Source: Octopus vulgaris
Lineage: Eukaryota
DNA length: 64,000 bases
Direction of reading: 5' to 3'
Assembly (NCBI GenBank): GCA_951406725.2
Contig: OX597836.1
Coordinates: 26,040,001-26,104,000 of the forward strand
The position numbers and the translations under genes are program-made. This document shows, piece by piece, positions 12,822 through 27,889 of this stretch (position 1 is its first letter; every line of letters starts with the position of its first letter). The notes under the pieces are model-generated. The model saw nothing but the letters and a program-made list of their open reading frames with translations. It made no database searches and was not told where the DNA came from.

Positions 12822-13560
12822 GCAGCAAAATCGTTAGCACGCCGGGAAGAATGCTTAGCGGTATTTCGTCTGTCTTTACGTTGTGAGTTCAAATTCCGCC
12901 GAGGTCGACTTTGCCTTTCATCCTTTCGGGGTCGATAAATTAAGTACCAGTTACGCACTGGGGGTCGATGTAATCGACTTAATACCTATGTCTGTCTTGT
13001 TTGTCCCCTCTGTGTTTAGCCCCTTGTGGGTAATAAAGAAATAGGTATTTCATCTGTCTTTACGCTCTGAATTCAAATTCCGTCGAGGTCGACTTTGCCT
13101 TTCATCCTTTCGGGGTCGATAAATTAAGTACCAGTTACGCACTGGGGTTGATGTATTCGACTTAATCCGTTTGTCTGTCCTTGTTTGACCTTTCTGTGCT
13201 TAGCCCCTTGTGGGTAGTAAAGAAATAGGTATTTCGTCAATCTTTGTATCGTGAGTTCAAATTCTGCCGAGGTCGGCTTTGTCTTTCGGGGTCGATGAAA
13301 TAAGTACCAGTCGATGTAATCAACTATCCCCTCATCCCCAAAATTTCAGGCGTTGTGTCTATAGTAGAAAAGAAAGGGTTATTAAATTGACTGAAAAAAC
13401 AAGCTAGCAGAATCGTTAGCCCACGGACAAAATAGATATCACTATTTCTCCCGGGTTTACGCTCTGAGTTCAAAAGCAGCCGAGATCGGGATTACCTTTC
13501 ATGGACTTGAGGCCGAAAAAATAAGGGCCACTTGAGCACTGGGGGGGGGGGGTCGATGAA
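12822..13560 (+). mobile_element. SINE A trimer (A1-A1-A2, 184-bp period) plus a degenerate copy
   Basis: Units restart at GGTATTTC at 13044 and 13228. Confidence 0.92.
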
Positions 13561-13789
13561 ATTGTCTAAGACATCGTTCCTAAAATTGGTAACTTTCTGC
13601 TAACAAGTGTTTACTAATGCCACGCGACCAATCTTCGCTTGACACGATTCCGCTTTCATACACTTCAGAGCACAAGCACAATCGCCATTTTCTTTGTAAA
13701 TTCGAAAAATTCAAATACAGAGTAAACCTTTCTTTTCCTTTGTTTTCGCTACTTTCAGAGCGATTTACACACACGCACACACGCATACA

Positions 13790-13792
13790 TAC

Positions 13793-13860
<68 letters not shown>

Positions 13861-13953
13861 TAGATAGATAGATATAGATATATATGTATGAATATATATA
13901 TATGTGTATATATACATATATATATATATGTATACATATATGTGTATATATAC

Positions 13954-13985
<32 letters not shown>

Positions 13986-14329
13986 ATACAAATGCATATA
14001 TGTATAAATATACATATGTACACATATATGTATATATATATACATATCTATATGTATATATATATAGATATATATACATGTATATGTAGGTATATATATG
14101 TATATATATGCATATATATATACACATATGTACATATATATATATATATATATATGTACATATGTATATATATATATACATAGGTATAAATATATATATG
14201 TACGCATGCATGCATATATGTATGATATATCTATGTATGCATATATAGATAGATATAGCGACATACATACATATATACATGAATACATACGTACACATGT
14301 CTGTATCTATATATATACATGTGTGTGTG

Positions 14330-14367
<38 letters not shown>

Positions 14368-14801
14368 TATATACATACTTATATACATATATATACATGT
14401 GTGTGTACGCATGTATGCATGTATGTATGCATATATGTATATGTGCATATATAGATAGATATAGATACATACATACATATATACATATAGACAATAATCT
14501 TTGTCTCCACACGAATTCACATATAAAAAAACTTGCAAATCAGTTACGAAAAAGAAGTACCTATGTATATACATTTATATGTGTATTTATGTGTATTTAT
14601 ACGAATATATATATATATCTGTATTTATGCGTGTATGTATATCTGCAATGATAGTGAGGAAAAAGGAAGAAAGAACGAAAGAAAGAATGAATGAATGAAA
14701 GAAAGAAAGAAACGAACAAACAAGGAAAAATTTTAAATAATGAATCTTTATGTAGACTCAGGCTTTACCATTCTCTTTGGCTAGACACAAGACACACATG
14801 C

Positions 14802-14876
<75 letters not shown>

Positions 14877-15160
14877 CGCGTGTGGATAAAGTTCGAATTT
14901 TAGCGAAAATTAAGTTTTGTAAAAGTGATGGCATAGAAACTGGAAATGGTGAAGTAGAACATTTTGTCTCTTCAATAAGTTCTTAAGCCGGTATCGTGCA
15001 TACATACATACATACATACATATATACATACATACATACATACATACATAAATGTACACATACATACATGCATTCATGCATAATATATGCATACATACAT
15101 GCATACACACTTACATACATATAAATATATACATATATGTATACATACATACATATATAT

Positions 15161-15195
<35 letters not shown>

Positions 15196-15870
15196 TATTC
15201 ACATATATAAGTATATATGTATTTATGTATGTATGCGTGCATACATATATGTGCACATACACATACTCATATGCATTCATATGCACATACATACATATGC
15301 ATAATAGACATACAAAGATGCATACATTCATATATGACAAAAATATATATACACACACATACAAAAATGCATTCAAGCATCACACACAAAGGCACTTGCA
15401 AACACACACACATATACATACATACATGCATGCATACATACATACATACATGCATACACACACGCATACATAGATGCATACATAGATGCATACATAGATA
15501 CATACATACATACATGCATACATACACGCATACATAGATGCATACATAGATGCATACATAGATATATACATACATACATGCATGCATGCATCCATAAATA
15601 CATACATACATATATACATACATACATACATACATGCATGCATACATAGATGCATACATACATACATACATACATACATACATGCATCCATCCATCCATC
15701 CATACATACATACATACATACATACATACATACATACATACATACATGCATCCATCCATCCATCCATACATGCATACATATATACATACACACATACATG
15801 CATGCATGCATCCATCCATACATACATACATATATACATACAGACAGACATACATACATACATACATATT
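13790..15870. repeat. Long compound microsatellite region (TA, TG, TACA, TCCA)
   Basis: Directly visible, with only short unique islands. Confidence 0.97.
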
Positions 15871-16089
15871 TGTTACTAGCCTGAGTATACGACGAAGAGT
15901 GGATTTTAATTATTGGAGCCCCCTCCCCCGTATATGGTAGGTATATATACTATTTCAACGATTCGAGATAGATGAAAAAAGAACACCCTCTGGCTTGATT
16001 TGAACTCGGCACTTATTTAGTGAGAGGGGAAAAGACAGAGTGACAGACAGACAGAGAGAGTCCCAAACACTTCTTATTCTACTCATGCC

Positions 16090-16116
16090 TAATAATAATA
16101 ATAATAATAATAATAA

Positions 16117-16147
<31 letters not shown>

Positions 16148-16212
16148 AAGAAGAAGAAGAAGAAGAAGAAGAAGAAGAAGAAGAAGAAGAAGAAGAAGAA
16201 GAAGAAGAAGAA
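16090..16212. repeat. (AAT)n-(AAG)n microsatellite adjoining a SINE A2 tail
   Basis: Directly visible. Confidence 0.97.
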
Positions 16213-16637
16213 TTCTTTCTACTATAGACACAAGGCCTCAGATTTGTGGGAGGGGACTTGTCGGTTACATCGACCCCAGTGTTTCACTGGTACTTAAGGT
16301 GGCGAGCTGGCAGAAACGTTAGCACGCCGGGCGAAATGCTTTGTGGTATTTCGTCCGCTGCTGCGTTCTGAGTTCAAATTCCGCCGAGGTCGACTTTGCC
16401 TTTCATCCTTTCGGGGTCGATTAAGTAAGTACCAGTTACGCACTGGGGTCGATATAATCGACTTAATCCGTTTGTCTGTCCTTGTTTGTCCTCTCTGTGT
16501 TTAGCCCCTTGTGGGTAGTAAAGAAATAGGTACTTAATTCATCGATCCCGTAAGGATGAAAGGCAAAGTCGACCTCGGCGGAATTTGAGCTAAGCATTTC
16601 GTCCAGCGTGTTAACGATTCTGCCAGCACATCACCTT
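16212..16637. mobile_element. SINE A1 (+, 16298-16528) nested inside SINE A2 (-)
   Basis: 9-bp TSD GGTACTTAA at 16289-16297 and 16529-16537. The outer copy is colinear once the insert is removed. Confidence 0.92.
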
Positions 16638-17089
16638 AGTAATAATAATAATAATAATAATAATCCTATATATTATAGTCTAAAGCCAGAAATCTATGAG
16701 GGGAGAGGCTAATCGACCCCCAAAAGGATGGACAGCATAATAAAATCAACAACAACAACAATAATAATAATTGCAATCCCGAAATTAGTCAGCAGCTTCC
16801 ATAAATGTTGGAGGTAGGTATGTTCGATTTTATCGATCTCTCTTCCAATAATTGATTGGTATCGATTTGATGTTTGTGCTTATTTGATCAACCAGAAATA
16901 GCAGCTAAATTTCCTTCCAGTTACATTTTGAAAATTAAAAAAACGCGCGTTGAATGTGTTGCTGGGTATCTTGCAGAAAGGAAAATATGAGATGGTCACG
17001 ACTGGAATGCCTTTGATTATAGGTCTATTGGATCAGGTCTCACCTAAGGCTAAACAACAGCAATAACATTAGAACGTCGAAAAAATTTT

Positions 17090-17870
17090 AAGGCAAATTT
17101 GAAAGAGGAAGGATTTGAACTCGGAACGTTAAAAATCAAATGACTAAATATTAATTTGTACCGCTAGCACCAGGTTGGTAGTTGTAGATCAGTATTTTCT
17201 CCGTCGACCCAGGAATGGTGAAACGTTTGTTGACCTCAGCAGGATTTGAACTCAAAACGTAATGAAATAAATTAAGTACTTTTGTGGCAATGGGAAACAG
17301 CTTATGCCGACCCCAGTAGATGACTGGTGCTATATTTTATTCACCCCGGAAGACAGAAATTCAAGATGACTTCATCGAAATTTGAACTCAGAACGTAAGA
17401 CTCCAAACTAACGCTCCATTGATGCTACCAGTATAGTGACAATAATTTTTTTATAGAGGTTCAAGGTTAGAAATGTTGGACGAAGGTACAATCTTAATTA
17501 TCGGGGCCCCAGTGCTAGCTATGTACCCTAAAAATCGGCTGTGGAAAGATGAAAGGCAAAATAAACTTACACTGGGATTGAACTTGGAACATCAAGAATC
17601 AAAGCAAACACCGCGAGGCCTTTTTTTTTTTTTTTTTTTTGTTAAAGATTTTGTCAAACCGTCGCATTTTTCTAGCATAGATACAAAGACACATATTTGA
17701 GGGAAGAGAACTAATCGACTTAAAATAACCCCGTACGTAACTGGTACCTAATTTTGTTAACCCCGAGGGAATGAAAGCCAAAGTTCACCGCAGCTAGACT
17801 TGAACACCGAGCGTTTAAAACCACGGCAAAAAGCACCACAAGACGTTTTGTCCGAGACGCTCAAGCGATT
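17090..17870 (-). mobile_element. Cluster of old degenerate SINE A copies
   Basis: Repeated ATTTGAACTC, ACTGGTAC/GC and GATGAAAG motifs in the same orientation. Confidence 0.65.
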
Positions 17871-18095
17871 CTTCTCATCAGAGATGCCGGTTAATCCAAC
17901 GTAAGAACAAAGATTTCTTCAGAGAAAGAGAAACTCATGATGTATTTCTCTCTCTCTCCACCTCCCCCTCTCTCTCTCTCTCTCAAACAATAAACAATAT
18001 TTATAATGCTTCATAAATTCATAAAGTTTTACACTATTCTTTTTTAGAAGGCGGATGAAAACGAAAGTAAATTATCAACGAAACAAAACACGAGC

Positions 18096-18135
<40 letters not shown>

Positions 18136-18184
18136 CCTAAAAACAAGAGAGAATTAATGAGGAAAAAAAAATGACCAAAGTTTC

Positions 18185-18330
18185 ACTTACTTGCTTTACG
18201 ACATTGTAGACGGAGGAATTTGTGGGTGTTCAACCCTCAAATATAAGAGGGAAAATAAAAGATCAAAATACGATAACTTCCGGTTGAGGTAAAAATCCTT
18301 TAGACTGTGTACGTTGTCCGTATATTTATA
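18185..18330 (-). promoter_or_regulatory. Candidate TATA promoter and non-coding first exon
   Basis: Minus strand: TATAAATA (18330-18323), CAGTC about 24 nt downstream of the TATA start, ETS-type ACCGGAAGT (18284-18276), donor CAA/GTAAGT at 18191/18190. Confidence 0.35.
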
Positions 18331-18699
18331 AACACTTTCATTTGCACTCATACACACACATATATATATATATACACACACATACATATATATATATATG
18401 TGTAGGGTGTGTATATGTATGTATGTATGTACGTACCTATGTATGTATATATATGCAAATCAGTCTTTTGTTGTCAGCATATATATACATGTATATATAT
18501 GTGTTTATATATATACAATCGCATACAGGTATTTCACTTTATGCATACATGAATGAATGCATGTATATATATATATGTGTGCATATATGTGTATATATAT
18601 TTTTATATATATATATGTATAATCCGTTGAGTGTGTGTGAACCGAAAAATCTAACACGAAATCGAAAAAAAACCTCCCTGTCAATAGAGTTGTACTACT

Positions 18700-21290
<2,591 letters not shown>

Positions 21291-21652
21291 ATATGTGTTT
21301 CTATTGGAGAACTTATGGTGGCAATAGTGTTTTTTTACGTCTATTTTTCAGTGCGTGTTGAGGCGCAAGCCAAGCCCTTGTTATAATTGTGTATATAATA
21401 ATAAAATATTTTAAATTTTATATCTATTTACGTACATGCATCCATACATGTATGTATGCTTCACACTAGCATTTCCCTATTTATCGTTTATCTCCCTTTC
21501 AGCACCCCCTTTCATATCACCTACCTCTTTCTTCTATCCTTCCTACCTGTGAATACCTTTCTGTATCTCCCTAAACTATCTCTGCCTCTCCCACTCTATC
21601 TTTCTCTTTTTATTTCAGTTACGCTTACAAATTCATGCATCCACTAAAACAA

Positions 21653-21707
<55 letters not shown>

Positions 21708-21726
21708 GAACACACATTTTTATGTA

Positions 21727-21783
<57 letters not shown>

Positions 21784-21819
21784 AAGATTTAGCGAAGCTG
21801 CACAAAGAAGATCGTCTCA

Positions 21820-22250
21820 ATGCGAGAGATCAGCTCCTGGAGAAGTTATGATTCTATTCCCTAGATCGAAGGCGGGAAAGATATCCAGTGATATACACCT
21901 GGAAAATGCGGAAAGGTCTCGTGACAAACATTGGTATTGAAAGTTATACAAACAGCAGAACGGGGCGCCACTGCATGCTGCCAAAGATCTCACCCTCACC
22001 GACATATCTTCCCATATATGGGGGTGGATGTAGGTGTCTTGAAAACAAAACAGGATTTCTTCTTGTCGAGTGTTCCAGGCGAACGTACCTTGCGGTAGGA
22101 GACGTAAACGAGGGCAGCAACATGCAACTTCACATATAACCAAATGCCACATATCAAACGAACTGCTTCTGTGACAAAAGTGTAGCAAATCAAACGGCAA
22201 TGCCCTCAACATGTCAGCAGATCTCGTGTCGAAATCAGTAAAACAGTGAA
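21820..22250 (+). pseudogene. Older copy of the CR1-like LINE 3' end
   Basis: LYSLDRRRERYPVIYTWK...GIESYTNSRTGRHC...DFFLSSVP aligns with the 36323-36901 copy. Internally deleted. Confidence 0.8.
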
Positions 22251-22252
22251 AA

Positions 22253-22295
<43 letters not shown>

Positions 22296-22317
22296 CTCCA
22301 TATATATATATATTTAT

Positions 22318-22515
22318 AGGGAGAGTTTACGAAAAAAACAAAAGACGAAGACAGGTGGTGTACAAAACAAACAGATGTATTAGTATAACGCTCAGGAATA
22401 GAAAAAGTATTTTAGGTTTCGAGCCTACGCTCTTCTACAGAAAGGGACACAGAAAAAAACAAGGAGAGATACAAGGAGAGAAAAAAATGTGTGTAGTGGC
22501 TAATGATCTATCATG
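22318..22515 (-). mobile_element. TA-flanked short element, family E, with hammerhead-like motif (22409-22444)
   Basis: Homologous to 41571-41770 and 56878-57062. Confidence 0.8.
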
Positions 22516-22606
22516 GCGACTAGTGCCGGACATGTATATATACATACACACACACAAAGAGAGGATAAATTGCTGGATAGATCGATACATACATACACAC
22601 AGACAT

Positions 22607-22695
<89 letters not shown>

Positions 22696-22972
22696 GCATA
22701 TATACAAACATATATGTACGTACCTATATATATATGTATATATGCATGCATATATGGGTACAGGACATCAAAAAACGAGAACATAAAAAACAAAGACATA
22801 GAAAACGAACTTTTTTTCGAACAACGAAAGAAACAAACAAACAGAGAAACGAGGCAGGCAACATAAAGAACATTCCCTTCATCAGTTGTCTCCTGTTTTA
22901 TCTACTCCGCGTTCGAATTAGGGACGCATATATGTATATTTATATAACGTGAATGCATATAAACATACATAC

Positions 22973-23205
22973 TTATTTCTTTACTACCCACAAGGGGCTA
23001 AACACAGAGGGGAAAACAAGAACAGACAAACGGATTAAGTCGATTATATCGACCCCAGTGCGTAACTGGTACTTATTTAATCGACCCCGAAAGGATGAAA
23101 GGCAAAGTGGACCTCGGCGGAATTTGAACTCAGAACGTAACGGCAGACGAAATACGGCTACGCATTTCACCCGGCGTGCTAACGTTTCTGCCAGCTCGTC
23201 GCCTT
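22973..23205 (-). mobile_element. SINE A1 with TSD
   Basis: 16-bp TSD ATATAAACATACATAC at 22957-22972 and 23208-23223. Confidence 0.95.
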
Positions 23206-23248
23206 ATATATAAACATACATACCGTCATTGTCTTGTACATTCGTTAG

Positions 23249-23920
23249 CTATTCCCAGCGACTTTTCGCCCCTGGCGCCACCAAAAGCGACCAATAAGAT
23301 CAACGTTAAAGGCTCGAAATTTTAATGACCTTATGGACGTGACTGATGAGGAATAAGCTACGAATTTTCTGTTTTTTTTAATGTTTTGTAACATTTTCAT
23401 TTTCTTGTGTTTGTGTTTAAATGTTTGAAATATATTTACGTAACTCTACTCACTCCTGAATTTTTTACTCATTTGTAAGATATTCTACGAATATATTTTG
23501 AGCGACATCTATTTCTGTTTGTTTTTCTTTCTTTGCGTCTCTTTTGCCTTACTCCCACTCTCTTTTCCCCTCGTAATACTTTATTTCTACCATCGTTCTG
23601 ACTGTCCATCTGTCCTCTCGTTTCCTATCCTACAAAACATTTTCATTTTCCTTTGCGTTACCCCATGTCAATTTGTCTTGCAGCCGCACGGCATTTTGTT
23701 GTTGTGGTATATGTATCATTTATTTTGTCGTGTTTGTTTTTGTCATTATCTATTCCCAGTGGCTCTTCGCCACTGGCGCCGCCAAAAGTGGACAATATCA
23801 ACGTTAAAGGCAAGAAATTGTAATGCTTTTTTGCACATGGGCTGATGAAGAATAAGCTGTTTGTTATGTTTTTGTAATATTTCCATTAGTTATGTTTTTG
23901 TTAAATCCTTGAAATCTTTA
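23249..23920. repeat. Diverged direct repeat of about 180 bp, 501-bp period
   Basis: CTATTCCCAG...CTGGCGCC.CCAAAAG...ATCAACGTTAAAGGC...CTGATGA.GAATAAGCT starts at 23249 and at 23750. Confidence 0.8.
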
Positions 23921-23934
23921 TTTATATACATATA

Positions 23935-24061
23935 TACGAGGGATGTATGAAACGTTTTGAGCCATCAAGGTCTTTGAGCCTTGAAGTCTTGTACATTCGT
24001 CAGAAGTCTTGTACCATGTTTGTTTTTTTTTAGGCTCAAGACTTTTCATACACCTCTCGTA
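23935..24061. mobile_element. 127-bp mariner-type MITE
   Basis: 29-bp TIRs including the flanking TA (TACGAGGGATGTATGAAACGTTTTGAGCC versus the reverse complement of 24033-24061), 25/29 identical. Confidence 0.85.
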
Positions 24062-25321
24062 TTTGTATGTATGTATGTATGTATGTATGTATGTATGTAT
24101 GTATGTATGTATGTATGTATGTATGTATGTGTGTATGTATGTATGTCAGGACAGGCCACTCTTACTGCTACAGGTAACATGTAATCCAGTAGAATCAGTC
24201 GCATAGTGGAGCCGTTAGCGACTAAATTTATAGCTCTACCAATCCCGCATGGTAAGCAAGGTGGTTTTCGTTGAATACCTTGTAGGAGGGTAAACACACC
24301 TTATGAAAGGAAGGGTGAACATAACAGAGGCTACAGATGGGGTTGAAAGACTTCTTCTACCCCCAACAGTTTATCTCCGGACATCATTCTAAGCGGAGGA
24401 AAAGACCGGCCACTTCGTTTGCATCCAACTATATGGAGTAGTCATCGCTTTGGGGCAAAATTCTGCGCGCTTCAGGAAGTGTCCTTATGTTTTAAAAAGT
24501 CTTCAGGCACAGAACTTTGAAATCACAATCAAGCGTTGGCAGTGCTTGAAATCGAATTGTGAGCATCATGTGTTTGTGAGTCTGTGTATGTGTTTGTGTT
24601 TGTGCGTGTGTACATATATTTATGCGTGTGTATACATATATTTATGCGTGTTTGTGTACATGCGTATCTGTGTTTGTGTGTGTTCATATATTTATGCGTA
24701 TGTGTGCGTGTGGTGTGTGCATGCGTTTTTCTTTGATTTTTATTTAAGTTCTTCTTGAGAAAGATCAGGCCGATCGCTAACAAAGTGACAAGACATTTTG
24801 AGTCACGAGGGGTCCCGGTGTTTGTTGTAAATATACAGCTGAGTTGGCAAGTTGGCTGAGCTGTCGGTATACACAACCAAATCTAAAGAATCTCAGATGA
24901 AGAATCTTTGGAATGTCACACAGATCTCCACTCTGCTGCTAATAGATTCGGTTTAGAGAATCCGCGTCAGTTTCTTTTGCTCTTTCTTCGAAAAACAGTA
25001 TTTCTAGGATTTTGTGTAAAATTCTAGGTTATGGTGTCTAATGAACCTATGAGGTTAGGTACTGATGAGAATTTGCAGTCAGGGTTCAAGCGCTGCAACT
25101 TCCGCATTAATTCACTATAAATCATGACTTTTTTCCTGCACTGCATGTATGTGTGTATGCATCTATGTATGTATGTATGTATGTATGTATGTATGTATGT
25201 ATGTATGTATGTATGTATGTATATATGTATGTATCAATGTATGTATGTATGTATGTATGTATGATGTATGTATGTATGTATGTATGTATGTATTAATGTA
25301 TGCATGCCTCTATCTATATAT

Positions 25322-25546
25322 ATTTCTTTACTACCCACAAGGGGCTAAACACAGAGGGCACAAACAAGGACAGACAAAGGGATTAAGTCGATTATATCGA
25401 CCCCAGTGCGTAACTGGTACTTAATCAATCGACTCCGAAAGGATGAAAGGCAAAGTCGACCTCGGCGGAATTTGAACTAGGAACGTAACGACAGACGAAA
25501 TACGGCTACGCATTTCGCCCCGGCGTGCTAACCTTTCTGCCAGCTC
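25322..25546 (-). mobile_element. SINE A1, slightly 5' truncated, with TSD
   Basis: TSD CTCTATCTATATAT at 25308-25321 and 25544-25557. Confidence 0.93.
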
Positions 25547-25860
25547 TATCTATATATGCCTGCATTTATATATCCATGTATGCATTATATATACACGCGC
25601 GCGCGCGCGCGCACACACAGAAGTAAATAGACACACCATAAAACATTGAAAAGCTTTATATTCTTTTATTAATGGACATCTTTATGTTTCAAGTTCCATA
25701 TGTGGCTGTTTAATGATGCCACGTACAAAAGAAGCCTTGGAACTATCCAAATTTCAAAAAAGCCGTATTGTGGGTCAATCATTCTTTGACATCTACACAC
25801 ATACCGTGTAGCGATTGATGCTCCAGTTGTGGCCCATGTTATCTGATTCGTCACCTGAAT

Positions 25861-26103
25861 ATACTTACCTGTAGTCTTTTATGATTCCTTTTGACATTTG
25901 CGACACTTTTTCTACACTTCCCCGTCATTTTTGCGAGCTTTTCTTCGGATTTTTTTCTCTTTGGACTGCAGGTATTTTTCGCGACAAAAGAATTGTAGTC
26001 TTTGTGAGCTGAGCTTGCTAAACACCTAGCTCAACCCTCCTCCTTGGTCTAGTCTTGTGTATATATAAGCACACGCACACTCACACTCATGTCCACATTG
26101 GCC
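25861..26103 (-). promoter_or_regulatory. Candidate promoter and first exon with a 20-codon ORF start (MTGKCRKSVANVKRNHKRLQ, 25928-25869)
   Basis: Minus strand: CCAAT near 26100, TATATA near 26065, AAAAATG start context, perfect donor CAG/GTAAGTAT at 25869/25868 (phase 0). Confidence 0.4.
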
Positions 26104-26349
26104 TACTACGGAAACGTTTTTTCCCATCTTTGACTTTGTGGGTTTAATTTTCTAGTTCGATATGTCTTATCTTTATTGCAGCAGTACCTCATATCATACT
26201 ACTCATCAAGTTAGCTTAGAAGGGTTTGCCAGTTTAGTTACCGAAGATTCGATTGTGTCGTGTACTTATCAGTAGCAATCACAGGTGACCTAATCATACA
26301 TATACAAGCACACACACAGACGCACAAACACACAGATATAGCTGAATCT

Positions 26350-26594
<245 letters not shown>

Positions 26595-26638
26595 TGTATG
26601 TATGTATGTATGTATAACAAGATACCGCATGAGTGGAA

Positions 26639-27197
26639 ATATATATGAAAGAAGGTTTGAAAATGCAATTTTAAAGATGCTTATTCACTTGACCGGTTTT
26701 ACTTTTTCAGAAAAAGATTATCAAAAGTAAAATGTAAAGCTTTGTATAAGCTTTGTTATGTTAAGTACTGATAGTCACAAAAGTATTAAAATACAGTTAT
26801 ACTTTCTTTGATAATAATAAGAAAATGTTAAAATCAGTTTACAAGAAAGTATTTAACAAAGTATTCAACAAAAAGTATTAGAAGTTCAATAAAAATCATG
26901 TTTGTTTGGTAGAATATATATACACAGAAGGAGATATATTTAAGAATTTTCTGTCTTTCTGTGTGATAAAATACAGAAAAATGTCAGAAAATAGGTCAGT
27001 TCCTGTTTTTAACATTTTCTTATTATTATCAAAGGATGTGTAACTGTATTTTAATACTTTTGTGATAACCAGTACTTAAGACAACAAAGCTTATACAAAG
27101 ATTTACATTTTACTTTTGACAATCTTTTTTCTAAAAAAGTGAAACCGGTCAAGTGAATAAACATCTTTAAAACTACATTTTCAAACCTTCTATCATA

Positions 27198-27202
<5 letters not shown>
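26639..27202. mobile_element. Fold-back element with arms of about 200 bp, each carrying a hammerhead-like motif
   Basis: Arms 26639-26837 and 27003-27202 are diverged reverse complements. TA-rich flanks. Motifs at 26684-26731(-) and 27109-27157(+). Confidence 0.88.
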
Positions 27203-27237
<35 letters not shown>

Positions 27238-27360
27238 AGTAGTTGAATGAATTATCTTATTAAGGATAATTCGAAAGATAACCGATACCTGGGTAGCAAT
27301 AAAGGATATTTGTTAACTAGTCGTTCAACTCCATTCTTTCATATACTTATAATTTTTAAA

Positions 27361-27433
<73 letters not shown>

Positions 27434-27889
27434 TATACATACAAACTCAGTCATATGCACGTGGGCAGTTTTTAAACTGTCAAATTAAAACTAACAAACT
27501 AAAACAGGAACATCTCTTCCCATGGGCTTTCGCACAGTTTCCATCAAGCAAATTCTATTTCCAAGGAAAGAGTTGAGAAAGGTTCAGTTAGAAGAAAATT
27601 GCCCCTAGTTACTGTACAACGAAGCTGCTTCCGAATCTCTCATAGATTTGTACATACATAAACACATAGGCACACGCATACATATACACATATGTAGACA
27701 CACACACACACACACACACGCACATACACACACACACACACGCATATATATATAGATTTATATAGATAGATATATATATATATATATAGATAGATATATA
27801 TACACACACACATACATATATATATATATACGCTCCTAATTATAGGGGGTTTACACAAATTATGTGCTTGGTTTTCTGAAGTGCTACTT

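Noticed and set aside
22850-22925. Minus-strand CTGATGA near 22880 as a hammerhead
   Set aside because: There is no stem II followed by GAAA in either type I or type II order.
24760-25140. Possible LINE endonuclease remnant on the minus strand (NTGTP...AIGLIF)
   Set aside because: The similarity is too fragmentary to call by eye.
25861-25871. ATACTTACCTG as the 5' end of a U1 snRNA gene
   Set aside because: The downstream sequence does not continue as U1. It is better read as a minus-strand splice donor.
27235-27300. GAATTATC/GATAATTC hairpin followed by GAAA
   Set aside because: The upstream core and stem I/III pairing do not fit a hammerhead. It is only a hairpin in a TA-flanked fragment.
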